This document shows, piece after piece, positions 18,231-27,052 of a stretch of DNA of 32,000 bases (within the stretch, counting starts at the first letter, position 1; each line of letters begins with the position of its first letter). A program made the translations under genes and the position numbers. Below the pieces are notes generated by a model. The model did not search any database, was not told where the DNA came from, and saw only the letters and a list, made by a program, of their open reading frames with translations. Source of the stretch: Acholeplasma laidlawii PG-8A (lineage in GTDB: Bacteria > Bacillota_I > Bacilli_A > Acholeplasmatales > Acholeplasmataceae); the NCBI RefSeq assembly GCF_000018785.1, contig NC_010163.1, positions 1,464,993 through 1,496,992 of the forward strand, in the 5' to 3' direction.

Positions 18231-18713
18231 TTATTTATCTTTATTTAATAGTTTTTCAATGTCTTTTGCTATTTTTTCTGGTTTTACAAGTGGTGCATAA
18301 CGTTTGATAACGCGGCCATTTTGGTCTACTAAAAACTTAGTAAAGTTCCACTTAATTTTTTTATTAAATAAGCCTTTTTGATGTCTTTTTAAATAGGTGT
18401 ATAAAATAGACTCATCTGGCCCATTCACCTCTATTTTAGTAAATCTTCTAAAATCGGTTTTATAGTTTTTCACACAAAACTCATCAATTGTTTCTACACT
18501 ATCTTTAGCATCTTTAAATTGATTACTTGGGAAATCTAAGATTTCAAACCCCTGATTTTTATATGTTTCATATAATTTTTGTAGCCCATCATACTGTGGT
18601 GTGAAAAAACAAGTTGTTGCTGTGTTAACAATTAATAACACTTTACCTTTATATGAATCTAAGGTAACAATATTATTGTGCATATCTTCAACGCGTATTT
18701 GATAGATACTCAT
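18231..18713 (-). CDS. Glutathione-peroxidase-fold protein with atypical active-site region
   Basis: LLIVNTATTCFFTPQYDGLQKLYETYKNQGFEILDFPSNQF...KIKWNFTKFLVDQNGRVIKRY aligns with GPx motifs. Confidence 0.88.
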   Translation of the reverse strand: MSIYQIRVEDMHNNIVTLDSYKGKVLLIVNTATTCFFTPQYDGLQKLYETYKNQGFEILDFPSNQFKDAKDSVETIDEFCVKNYKTDFRRFTKIEVNGPDESILYTYLKRHQKGLFNKKIKWNFTKFLVDQNGRVIKRYAPLVKPEKIAKDIEKLLNKDK

Positions 18714-18759
18714 TTTTTAATTCCTTCCTTTTTTATAATTTTTAATTCTTTTAATTATA

Positions 18760-18774
18760 GTATAATTATTATAC
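18760..18774. promoter_or_regulatory. Palindrome in the 84-bp divergent intergenic region, overlapping a plus-strand -10
   Basis: Perfect GTATAAT-T-ATTATAC; contains TATAAT (18761-18766). No good -35 seen in either direction. Confidence 0.35.
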
Positions 18775-18797
18775 GAACCACATCTATGGGGGATGCC

Positions 18798-19529
18798 ATG
18801 ATTTCTATAGCTATATGTGATAATGAACAAGTATTTCTAGATTATTACCAATCAAAACTTGAATCTGTTGCAAGAAAACTTAAGATTGATTTAGATATTC
18901 ACCGCTTTTCTAGCGGTGAAGCTTTACTGTTTCATTTAGACGATTATCCTAACCAATTTCAAATTATCTATTTAGATATTGTAATGGGTGGTATTAACGG
19001 TATTGAAACTGCTTTAAAGGTTCGTAAATTAAACAGTGTTGTTAAAATCATATTCTTAACTTCTTCTACAGACTATGTCTTTAATGCATTTGATGCAAAT
19101 GCATCTCATTACTTAATTAAAGATTTACACGATGATAAGTTTGATGATGTCTTCGCTCATGTATACAATCAAGTCAAAGCCAATATCAGTGAACCTTTAT
19201 TTTCTATTACAACTCAACAAGAAAATTATTTAATTCCTTTCAGTGAGATTGCTTATTTTGAAAGTTTTAAACGTTTAGTGATTTGTCATAAATCAAACAA
19301 AGAACGCATAGAGTATTATTATAAGATTAGTGACTTAGTAACAGAACTTGAAGATAAACCTTTTATTCTGATTCACCGTTCATTTTTAGTAAATATGCAA
19401 TATATTTTAAAACTTTCTAAGACAGATGTTTATTTAAAAAATGGTGTTGTGCTTCCTGTTTCTAGAAACAATTATGAAGAAGTCAAAGATAAACTGTTTA
19501 ACTATAACAACCAAAATCGTTTGAAGTGA
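18798..19529 (+). CDS. LytTR-family response regulator (AgrA/VirR-like)
   Basis: Receiver domain ISIAICDNEQ...IIYLDIVMGGINGIE...IIFLTSSTDY; LytTR domain YLIPFSEIAYFESFKRLVICH...ILIHRSFLVNMQYI. ATG at 18798 with upstream GGGGG preferred over the track start. Confidence 0.9.
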   Translation: MISIAICDNEQVFLDYYQSKLESVARKLKIDLDIHRFSSGEALLFHLDDYPNQFQIIYLDIVMGGINGIETALKVRKLNSVVKIIFLTSSTDYVFNAFDANASHYLIKDLHDDKFDDVFAHVYNQVKANISEPLFSITTQQENYLIPFSEIAYFESFKRLVICHKSNKERIEYYYKISDLVTELEDKPFILIHRSFLVNMQYILKLSKTDVYLKNGVVLPVSRNNYEEVKDKLFNYNNQNRLK

Positions 19530-19541
19530 GGGTAGATTATC

Positions 19542-20876
19542 ATGGATATACTTTATATTAGTTTTGCTATTTTAATATCAACCATATTTTCTTACTTTTA
19601 TATTCGAATTTATTCGAAATATTTTGTCTTAAGATCTCACTACTATATAGGTTTTATTATTTTTCTACTAACTATATTTATTCAATTTATTACTGTTTTA
19701 CCTTTTGGACTAAGTGTTGGTTATTTAGGTTTGTTATCGTTTATAACTTATCCACTTGCCTTATCACTGGTCTATAAAACCAATATCTTTAATATCACTT
19801 TTCTATCTTTAAATGCAATCCTTAAAATCTATGTAGACTTTATATTCTTTGCAGCTTTATTTGCACTTATTGAGCAAAATCAGTTAACACTTACTTGGAT
19901 TTACGGTTCTAATTACTATCACTTAAGTCAAGCACTTGCATATACAGTATCCTTAATTTTACTTTTACTGTTTGATGCTAAACTTTTAGCTGATAAGCTT
20001 AAAGACTTCTTTTCTCAGCGTAGCAATTTATTACTTATTATTTCTATCCAAGCAATTTTAACGATTAACCTTATTTGGATGAGTGCTACCACTGAAGTAC
20101 TTCCATTTAGATGGTATAACGTCATCTTATTATTACTTGCATTTAGTGTGGATGGTATTTATTTACTGCTTAGATTATTTACTGCAAATTCTACTTACTT
20201 TAGTGTGTTTAAAACTCATACAGATACGTTAAAGAAACAACTAAGCTATCAACTAGATCACTATAAAGTCTTTGAAAGTCAAACTCAAGAACTGTTACGC
20301 TTTAAGCATGACTACAATAAAGTGTTAAACTCTATTGCATCACTTGCTGATAGAGGCGACTTAGACTCCATTAAACATATTGTAAATGATTCTAATAAAG
20401 AACTTGATAGTCTCCAAATCAACTACAGTCGATATTCTAATAACCTTGTGTATGACGCACTACTAAATGACTATAGAAAGCGATTTGTAGGCATAGGTGC
20501 TAGTTTTGAATCTGTTGTATATATTAACTTTAATTTAGATATCTCTGAAATCAATATGATCAAACTATTTTATAATATTTTAGAAAACGCTTATGAAGCA
20601 CTACTTCACGTGGAAGATGCATCTAAGCGTTTAATCAAGATTGATAGTGAACGCATGGATGCATACATTAAAGTGTCTTTTGTAAATACTATGAATATTG
20701 AATATTCAAGTCTTACCTTAAACTCTACAAAACCCGATAAACTTCAACACGGATTTGGTGCTTCTATCATTGATAAGATTTTAATTCAATATAACGGTTT
20801 TTCTAATCGTTATGCCACTAATGATGAAGGCATAGATTATTATCACTTGGAGATATTCTTACCTGTTATGAACTAA
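19542..20876 (+). CDS. Membrane sensor histidine kinase, AgrC-like GHKL type
   Basis: Multi-TM N-terminus, LRFKHDYNKVLNSI H-box, FYNILENAYEALL N-box, HGFGASIIDKIL G-box. Confidence 0.88.
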   Translation: MDILYISFAILISTIFSYFYIRIYSKYFVLRSHYYIGFIIFLLTIFIQFITVLPFGLSVGYLGLLSFITYPLALSLVYKTNIFNITFLSLNAILKIYVDFIFFAALFALIEQNQLTLTWIYGSNYYHLSQALAYTVSLILLLLFDAKLLADKLKDFFSQRSNLLLIISIQAILTINLIWMSATTEVLPFRWYNVILLLLAFSVDGIYLLLRLFTANSTYFSVFKTHTDTLKKQLSYQLDHYKVFESQTQELLRFKHDYNKVLNSIASLADRGDLDSIKHIVNDSNKELDSLQINYSRYSNNLVYDALLNDYRKRFVGIGASFESVVYINFNLDISEINMIKLFYNILENAYEALLHVEDASKRLIKIDSERMDAYIKVSFVNTMNIEYSSLTLNSTKPDKLQHGFGASIIDKILIQYNGFSNRYATNDEGIDYYHLEIFLPVMN

Positions 20877-20878
20877 CC

Positions 20879-21661
20879 TTACTTTTTAGGAGGTAGTGGA
20901 AAGAAAATAGATGTTTTACTTGCGTATGCTTGATATGCCAAATTCGTTTTATATTTCTTTTCAAGTAATGGAACGCCTGTTACATAAAGTAATAAATATG
21001 TAATGATTAACGGACTTATAAGTCCTATGAAACTTATAATATTCATTGTTCCTAATGTAGCAATACCAATTCCCCACCAAAGAGTAGCTTCCCCAAAATA
21101 ATTAGGGTGTCTGGAAAACTTCCAGACATTTTTTTGCATAATTTTTCCTTTGTTTGAAGGATCTTTTTTAAATCTTTGTAGTGAGTGATCCGCGAGCACT
21201 TCAAAGATAAAACCAATAAAGAAAATCAGTGCGCCTAGTGATACAAGTATGATGCTTACCATGTCAAATGTTTTGTTAGATATTAAGTTTGTTAAGATGA
21301 TTGGTAATGCTATGATATAACTAAATATAGACTGTGTCAAGAAAACATATAATAGGGCTTTTAACTTCACATGTGTTTTCCATTTATTTCTAAAGTTTTG
21401 ATATCTAAAGTCTTCTTCTTTATTAAAGTTTCTCTTAAATAAATATAAAGATAATCTTAGACCCCAAATGATAGTTAATCCTGTAACGATTAAACCAGTG
21501 ATCGTATATTGATCACCAAGTATGAGTGAAGATACTGCACTCACTACCACACCCATACCCCAAGCTATATCTACTAAACCGTTATTCTTTTTAATTTGAG
21601 CAATGACATACCAAATAAGAAAGTATGCTAGTAAGATAAGATAAATATATAAATAATTCAT
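20879..21661 (-). CDS. DUF1295 / steroid 5-alpha-reductase-like membrane protein
   Basis: NNGLVDIAWGMG..., KNVWKFSRHPNYFGEATLWWGIG, GVPLLEKKYKTNLAYQAYASKTSIFFPLPPKK. Confidence 0.85.
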   Translation of the reverse strand: MNYLYIYLILLAYFLIWYVIAQIKKNNGLVDIAWGMGVVVSAVSSLILGDQYTITGLIVTGLTIIWGLRLSLYLFKRNFNKEEDFRYQNFRNKWKTHVKLKALLYVFLTQSIFSYIIALPIILTNLISNKTFDMVSIILVSLGALIFFIGFIFEVLADHSLQRFKKDPSNKGKIMQKNVWKFSRHPNYFGEATLWWGIGIATLGTMNIISFIGLISPLIITYLLLYVTGVPLLEKKYKTNLAYQAYASKTSIFFPLPPKK

Positions 21662-23433
21662 TATGATTCCTTTCTAATCAATCCAACCGCTACAGAGTTT
21701 AACCCTGAGTTCATAGCAATAATAGATGATATCTCCCCTACATATACCGGTGCTTTACCAGTCTTTTTAATAATCTCTGTTTTTAATTTTTCTGCTAATT
21801 TTAAATTGGATACATGGACAATTGCGTAATTTTCAATGCCTGCTGTTTTATGAATATGGCTTACCATATTGACTAGTTTTTTAAAATTTCGTTTTTGACC
21901 AATCGTCTTTGATAATACAACACCTTCACCCGCATCATTAATAGATACAATAGGTTTTAATCTTAATAACTTACCTAAGGTGCCAAGACTTTTTTTGATT
22001 CTACCACTTCTTACCATATTATCTAAGGTATCTACGTGAACTAGAATTTGAGTCTTTTGAACTAGTGTATTGATTGCTAGTTTGATGTTTTCAAAAGGTA
22101 CTTTTTGTTCAATCATTTTAGCTACTTCATAAACAATTAATCCTTCTGAGACGCTGTTTTGTTTGGTATCAACAAGTAATACATCTTTATCTTTATAACC
22201 TTCAAGTGCCTTAGTAAATAAGTTGTGTATACCACTCATTTTTGAAGATACGGTTAAGATGATTAACTTTTTATAGTGTTTTAATAAAAAGTTAATCTGC
22301 GCATCGATTGATTTTATACTCGGTGTAAATGATGTGGGAAACTTTTCATGCTTATCGATGTAGTGGAAGAGTTGGTGGTTATTGATTGTTAACTTATCGT
22401 AATAGACTATATCATTAAAGTTGATACCAATTGGATGCACATGTATTGGATGACTATCTACAAATATTTTAGGTAGATCAGCAATTGAATCAGTTAGTAT
22501 ACAAATCTCATTATCCTTTGCCTGTGTAGCTTGGTATTGCTTTCTCATATCGTCAACTTTAGATTCTAGTATTTGACCAAGTCCACTTAGTTTTTCTACG
22601 ATTACTTCTGGTTGGTTGGTGTGAAGATGCACACGTTTAAGTCTTTTTGTTTCTCCAATGACAAGTGAGTCACCAAAATTATCAAGTAGCTTTGTTAGTG
22701 ATTGTTTATCCGTTGTTGTTTGAAGTAGTACTTCTGTACAATAGCGGTATGTAATATCTATGTGATCATGTTCGATGGTTTCAGGTTCTTCAAAACTATG
22801 TTGTTGCGCTACATCATCAGTTGTAGATCTTTTAATAATGCTTTGTAGAAAACCTTCAACAAATAATGTAAATCCAAGTGCACCTGCATCTACTACACCA
22901 AATGTTTTTAGAACTTCAAGTTCAGACTTGGTTTGTTCAAGTGCTTTGTTTAACTCTACGATGATATAGTCTACATAAGTTTCTATATTATCAATTGGTT
23001 GATTTGTGTTTTTCAGTGTTTCACTTAGTTTACGCATCAACGTTACCATGGTGCCTTCAACAGGATGACTTATGGCGTTGTATGCATGTATCACGCCTGA
23101 TTCAATTCTTCTGATGAATTCAGGATAATCTATACTTTGATGTGTCTTTGTAAGGCTATATAAGAATTGAGAAAAGATTAATCCAGAGTTTCCACGTGAC
23201 CCGATTAATGCTGCATCTGCTAAAGATTCTAGTGTTTCATCAATCGTGTTACCTAATTTGGTTTGTTCTATGATTGCTTTCATTAAGGCACTTAAGTTAT
23301 TACCTGTATCTTGATCTTGTACAGGGAAAACATTTAATTGATTCAGTGTATCCTTTTTTTCAATTACTCTTTTAGCACCATGAATTAAAGCATCATACAT
23401 ACTCTTATTTTCAATCATTTGAAATTCATTCAT
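21661..23433 (-). CDS. DAK2 (FakA-like) - DegV (FakB-like) fusion protein, candidate fatty acid kinase
   Basis: N-terminal LNQLNVFPVQDQDTGNNLSALMKA...ALIGSRGNSGLIFSQFL (DAK2). Middle YRYCTEVLLQ...GDSLVIGETKRLKRVHLHTNQP (FakA middle domain). C-terminal ICILTDSIADLP...VSSKMSGIHNLF...KPIVSINDAGEGV (DegV). Confidence 0.88.
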   Translation of the reverse strand: MNEFQMIENKSMYDALIHGAKRVIEKKDTLNQLNVFPVQDQDTGNNLSALMKAIIEQTKLGNTIDETLESLADAALIGSRGNSGLIFSQFLYSLTKTHQSIDYPEFIRRIESGVIHAYNAISHPVEGTMVTLMRKLSETLKNTNQPIDNIETYVDYIIVELNKALEQTKSELEVLKTFGVVDAGALGFTLFVEGFLQSIIKRSTTDDVAQQHSFEEPETIEHDHIDITYRYCTEVLLQTTTDKQSLTKLLDNFGDSLVIGETKRLKRVHLHTNQPEVIVEKLSGLGQILESKVDDMRKQYQATQAKDNEICILTDSIADLPKIFVDSHPIHVHPIGINFNDIVYYDKLTINNHQLFHYIDKHEKFPTSFTPSIKSIDAQINFLLKHYKKLIILTVSSKMSGIHNLFTKALEGYKDKDVLLVDTKQNSVSEGLIVYEVAKMIEQKVPFENIKLAINTLVQKTQILVHVDTLDNMVRSGRIKKSLGTLGKLLRLKPIVSINDAGEGVVLSKTIGQKRNFKKLVNMVSHIHKTAGIENYAIVHVSNLKLAEKLKTEIIKKTGKAPVYVGEISSIIAMNSGLNSVAVGLIRKES

Positions 23434-23837
23434 TTTTCGAAGAACCTCCTATAGACGACATAGGTTATTATGGTTGTTACAAGTGTTAGGGATGTACCCC
23501 AAATTAGATCAATAACAACAATGAGTAATGGAAAGTCTTGCATGGTTGCATAATTGGTTAAATCATATGCACCGTATGTAGCAAACCCATAAATGAGTGC
23601 ATAGAGGATGGTTTGCTTAAATGACTTTTCTTTAAGTCCTGGTTTTAACACCAGTACGAGTAGTCCTGTAACAAATGCTACATAAAATATAACTGCTGGA
23701 ATGAGTTTAAACTCGTTACTGATTAAGTGTCCTAACTGTTCTTGATATAAGTCTTTTGAAAGTACACCTAACCATAGTAGGTCAATTAATAAAAATACAA
23801 TCGTTGCAATCATAAATAAAATAACATTCTTTTTCAT
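23430..23837 (-). CDS. DUF2177-family membrane protein
   Basis: IATIVFLLIDLLWLGVLSKDLYQEQLGHL...PAVIFYVAFVTGLLVLVLKPG...GFATYGAYDLTNYAT...DLIWGTSL. MKKNVILF start at 23837 has AAAGGAGT upstream; the 23951 track start is an extension. Confidence 0.8.
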   Translation of the reverse strand: MKKNVILFMIATIVFLLIDLLWLGVLSKDLYQEQLGHLISNEFKLIPAVIFYVAFVTGLLVLVLKPGLKEKSFKQTILYALIYGFATYGAYDLTNYATMQDFPLLIVVIDLIWGTSLTLVTTIITYVVYRRFFEK

Positions 23838-23934
23838 GTGGATACTCCTTTTCATTACTTGACTAAAGTATACGCTTTTACATTTTATAAAGTTTATGGA
23901 TGTCACAAAATGTCGTTTTTTTGTAATGAGATGT

Positions 23935-23960
23935 AAAAAAGACCACTTCATGAAGTGATC
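23935..23960 (-). terminator. Intrinsic terminator after photolyase gene
   Basis: GATCACTTCATGAAGTGGTC hairpin followed by TTTTTTTAC on the minus strand. Confidence 0.7.
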
Positions 23961-23961
23961 T

Positions 23962-25338
23962 TTATAGTGTATTGACGTAATCTAGGTAAGTTTTCATATC
24001 AAATTTTCGAATCAGACCTTGTTCGTTCATATATCTTAATTTACCAAATATAGCTCGCTCTTGCCAAGCTCTATCATGTTTACCAAAGTTCCATGCGATA
24101 TTACCATAAGAGTTTGGATTTCTGCCATCGATAAAGTATTTATTATTTAAGTAGACTATGATTTGGTAGGCATCTTTCATAGACCCTGACCACTCCATAA
24201 TCTTTTTAGCCCAATACATTCTTAAGTAGTTTGCCATAAACCCTGTAATACGTGCTTCTTTCATCGCTGCATTAAAGTGTATATCATGGGTTTTACTAAA
24301 TTCTATATCTTCTAAACTATAGATATGTGTTCTTAAATCTCTTTCATGCTCATACATTGTTTCATATGCCCAAGACTCTGTCATAAATTCAAACACATCA
24401 TAATCTTTAATATATGTAACAAAGTTATACGCTAGAGACCTTCTCACCACTAATTGTTCAATAAAACCTTCTGACATTTCAGGATAGATCTTATAGAATG
24501 GATGATCATAGAGCATACGCAATATTTCTTGATCGGATACTTGCCCGAATTGTAGATACATCGACATATAAGATTGAATATGTAGTGCAGGATCAGATCT
24601 TTTATCATAATCTTTAAGTAGTTGGTTAAAGAAATATTCTAAATGTTTATAGGCTTCTTTTCTACCACCTTTAAATTTATGATATGGTTTCACACTCATA
24701 TCAATTGGTAGGTTTTTTACTACTTCGTCTATGTTTGAAAGATCAAGTGGTTCATAGACTTTAGTCTTTTCAATATTATCTAACCTAGATAATTCTCTAT
24801 AATCCATATATTGAGGTAATTTTTCCATCACTTTGGGTCTAATTACATAGGCACCATAAGCAGCTTTTGGATAAAGTACTTCAACAGGTATGATAAGATC
24901 GGTTTCTACTTGAATAATATCTATAGCATGTGTATCTTTAACGATTTTATAGACTTCATTTCTCATCTGTCTTTGAGGTTTTAAATAGCCTCTATCCATA
25001 ATGATGGTATCAACATCATCCAAATAAGGTTTGATGTTTTCTGTTAGTTTACCAATACTTAATTCAAAGTGAATGTTTTCTTTAACGAAATCTTGTTGAA
25101 GTTCTTTTAGACCCTCTAACATAAAGGTGTAGTGTCTAAGGTTCGCTTCAGGGTAGTTTGGTAGTATGTTGAACCAGACAATTAACGGTAGTTTTTTCTT
25201 ATTAGCAAGTTCAATCGCGTAATTTAAGGCATGGTTATACTGGATGCGCATGGATTGCTGCATCCAGTATAAAATGAATTTACCTTGTTTATTTGTGTTG
25301 TGTTCTAAAAACTTTTTAACTCGATCGTTATGTATCAT
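23962..25338 (-). CDS. Deoxyribodipyrimidine photolyase, class II-like
   Basis: ILYWMQQSMRIQYNHALNYAI N-terminus; C-terminal TGFMANYLRMYWAKKIMEW...YFIDGRNPNSYGNIAWNFGKHDRAW...FGKLRYM. Confidence 0.9.
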   Translation of the reverse strand: MIHNDRVKKFLEHNTNKQGKFILYWMQQSMRIQYNHALNYAIELANKKKLPLIVWFNILPNYPEANLRHYTFMLEGLKELQQDFVKENIHFELSIGKLTENIKPYLDDVDTIIMDRGYLKPQRQMRNEVYKIVKDTHAIDIIQVETDLIIPVEVLYPKAAYGAYVIRPKVMEKLPQYMDYRELSRLDNIEKTKVYEPLDLSNIDEVVKNLPIDMSVKPYHKFKGGRKEAYKHLEYFFNQLLKDYDKRSDPALHIQSYMSMYLQFGQVSDQEILRMLYDHPFYKIYPEMSEGFIEQLVVRRSLAYNFVTYIKDYDVFEFMTESWAYETMYEHERDLRTHIYSLEDIEFSKTHDIHFNAAMKEARITGFMANYLRMYWAKKIMEWSGSMKDAYQIIVYLNNKYFIDGRNPNSYGNIAWNFGKHDRAWQERAIFGKLRYMNEQGLIRKFDMKTYLDYVNTL

Positions 25339-25346
25339 ATTTTGAA

Positions 25347-26738
25347 TTAAAATAAAATGTTTTTAGGTGTTCTAGGGAATGGAATAACGTCTCTAATATT
25401 TTCTACACCAGTTACATAGATTAAGTATCTTTCAAAACCTAATCCAAAACCAGATGTTTGAACACCACCATAACGTCTAAGATCTAAATACCAATCAAGG
25501 TCTTTAACCGGTACATGCATATCTTCCATACGTTTAAGTAAAACATCTAATCTTTCTTCTCTTTGAGATCCACCCACTAATTCGCCTGAACCAGGTACTA
25601 ATAGGTCTACTGCAGCAACTGTTTTTTGATCGTCATTTAATCTCATATAGAATGCTTTAATATCTTTTGGCCAGTCTTTTACAAACACTGGACCATGGAA
25701 TGCTTTTTCTGTTAGATATCTTTCATGTTCTTTAGCTAAGTCTTCACCATGTTTTGGTTGGTTTTCAAATTTGTGGTTGGATTTTAGTAAGATATTAATT
25801 GCTTCTTCATGAGTAATACGTTTAAATGATGATTTTAGTAGGTTATCTAACTTGGTTAATAATCCTTTTTCTACAAATTTATCAAAAAATGCCATTTCTT
25901 CTTTTGCATGTTCTAAGACATAAGATGTAACATATTTCACCATACGTTCAATAAGTTCCATATTGTCATTTAAGTCTGCAAATGCAATCTCTGGTTCAAT
26001 CATCCAAAACTCTGATGCATGGGTTGTAGTATTAGAGTTTTCTGCTCTAAATGTTGGACCAAATGTATAGATATTTCTAAATGCGTGTGCATAAGCTTCT
26101 CCTTCGAGTTGTCCTGTAACAGTAAGGTTAGCTTCTCTACCAAAGAAATCTTTACTATAGTCAATACTTGAGTCTTCATTTCTAGGTGGCTTATTCATGT
26201 CTAGTGTAGTAACTTTAAACATAGCGCCTGCGCCTTCACCATCGTTTGCAGTTAAAATTGGTGTGTGTACATAGACAAAGTCTTGTTCCTGAAAGAATTT
26301 ATGTATTGCATAAGCAGCTATACTTCTAACTCTAAATACTGCAGAAAATAAATTCGTTCTTGGACGAAGGTGTGCAACCTCTCTTAAAAACTCTCTTGTG
26401 TGGCGTTTTGGTTGGATTGGATAGTTTTCACCTGAATCCCCTATTAGTCTCACTTCTAGTGCCTTAATTTCAAATGGTTGGCTTCTATCTGGTGTTAAAA
26501 CAAGCGTACCTATAACTTCAATGGATGCACCTACAGATAAACGTGTCACTGCATCAAAGTCTTTTGTTGTTGCCCTTTCATATACTACTTGGATGTTTTC
26601 AAAAAAACTACCATCATTTAGGTTAATAAACCCAAATTCTTTTTGATCACGGTGGTTTCTAATCCACCCCTTTAATATAACTTCTTGACCTGCATACCTT
26701 GCAGGATCTTTATATATTGTTCTAATTGTTAAATCCAT
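25347..26738 (-). CDS. asnS: Asparaginyl-tRNA synthetase
   Basis: OB fold [40 protein letters not shown]; class II motifs [21 protein letters not shown] and [15 protein letters not shown]...IPFPRTPKN; preceded by a T-box. Confidence 0.97.
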   Translation of the reverse strand: MDLTIRTIYKDPARYAGQEVILKGWIRNHRDQKEFGFINLNDGSFFENIQVVYERATTKDFDAVTRLSVGASIEVIGTLVLTPDRSQPFEIKALEVRLIGDSGENYPIQPKRHTREFLREVAHLRPRTNLFSAVFRVRSIAAYAIHKFFQEQDFVYVHTPILTANDGEGAGAMFKVTTLDMNKPPRNEDSSIDYSKDFFGREANLTVTGQLEGEAYAHAFRNIYTFGPTFRAENSNTTTHASEFWMIEPEIAFADLNDNMELIERMVKYVTSYVLEHAKEEMAFFDKFVEKGLLTKLDNLLKSSFKRITHEEAINILLKSNHKFENQPKHGEDLAKEHERYLTEKAFHGPVFVKDWPKDIKAFYMRLNDDQKTVAAVDLLVPGSGELVGGSQREERLDVLLKRMEDMHVPVKDLDWYLDLRRYGGVQTSGFGLGFERYLIYVTGVENIRDVIPFPRTPKNILF

Positions 26739-26762
26739 AAGTTTTCTCCTTTTAATATAATA

Positions 26763-27035
26763 AAGTCCTTAGACTAAAATTTAGTCTAAGGACGAATAAT
26801 CGCGGTACCACCTTAGTTCTAGATTAACATAGCTAATCTAGCGCTCAACTTGCTTATATAACGGATAAGCGATCCGTACAGTTCTACTAACATTTATATG
26901 TGTTCTTCTGTCTCTAAAAAGTGTTATTTCAAATCAGCATATGTGTTAATTTTCACCAACCATTAACTCTCTTAAACATATCATCTGTTTTACTCTTCTT
27001 TTTTATGATGTATATGAAGTTTCTATTACTATTGT
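26763..27035 (-). promoter_or_regulatory. T-box leader (candidate Asn-specific) upstream of asnS
   Basis: T-box AAGGTGGTACCGCG (14814-type motif located at 26814-26801). Terminator GTCCTTAGACTAAA-att-TAGTCTAAGGAC (26765-26793). Upstream AGAGAGTTAATGGTTGGTG. Candidate AAC specifier in GAAATAACACTT (26925-26923). Confidence 0.93.
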
Positions 27036-27052
27036 ATCACTAATTTATAAAA

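Noticed and set aside
18678-18797. N-terminal extension of the response regulator ORF
   Set aside because: Would overlap the GPx gene; the receiver domain begins at MISIAICDNEQ with a G-rich SD just upstream.
23838-23951. N-terminal extension of the DUF2177 ORF
   Set aside because: Runs into the photolyase terminator; MKKNVILF start has a clear AAAGGAGT site.
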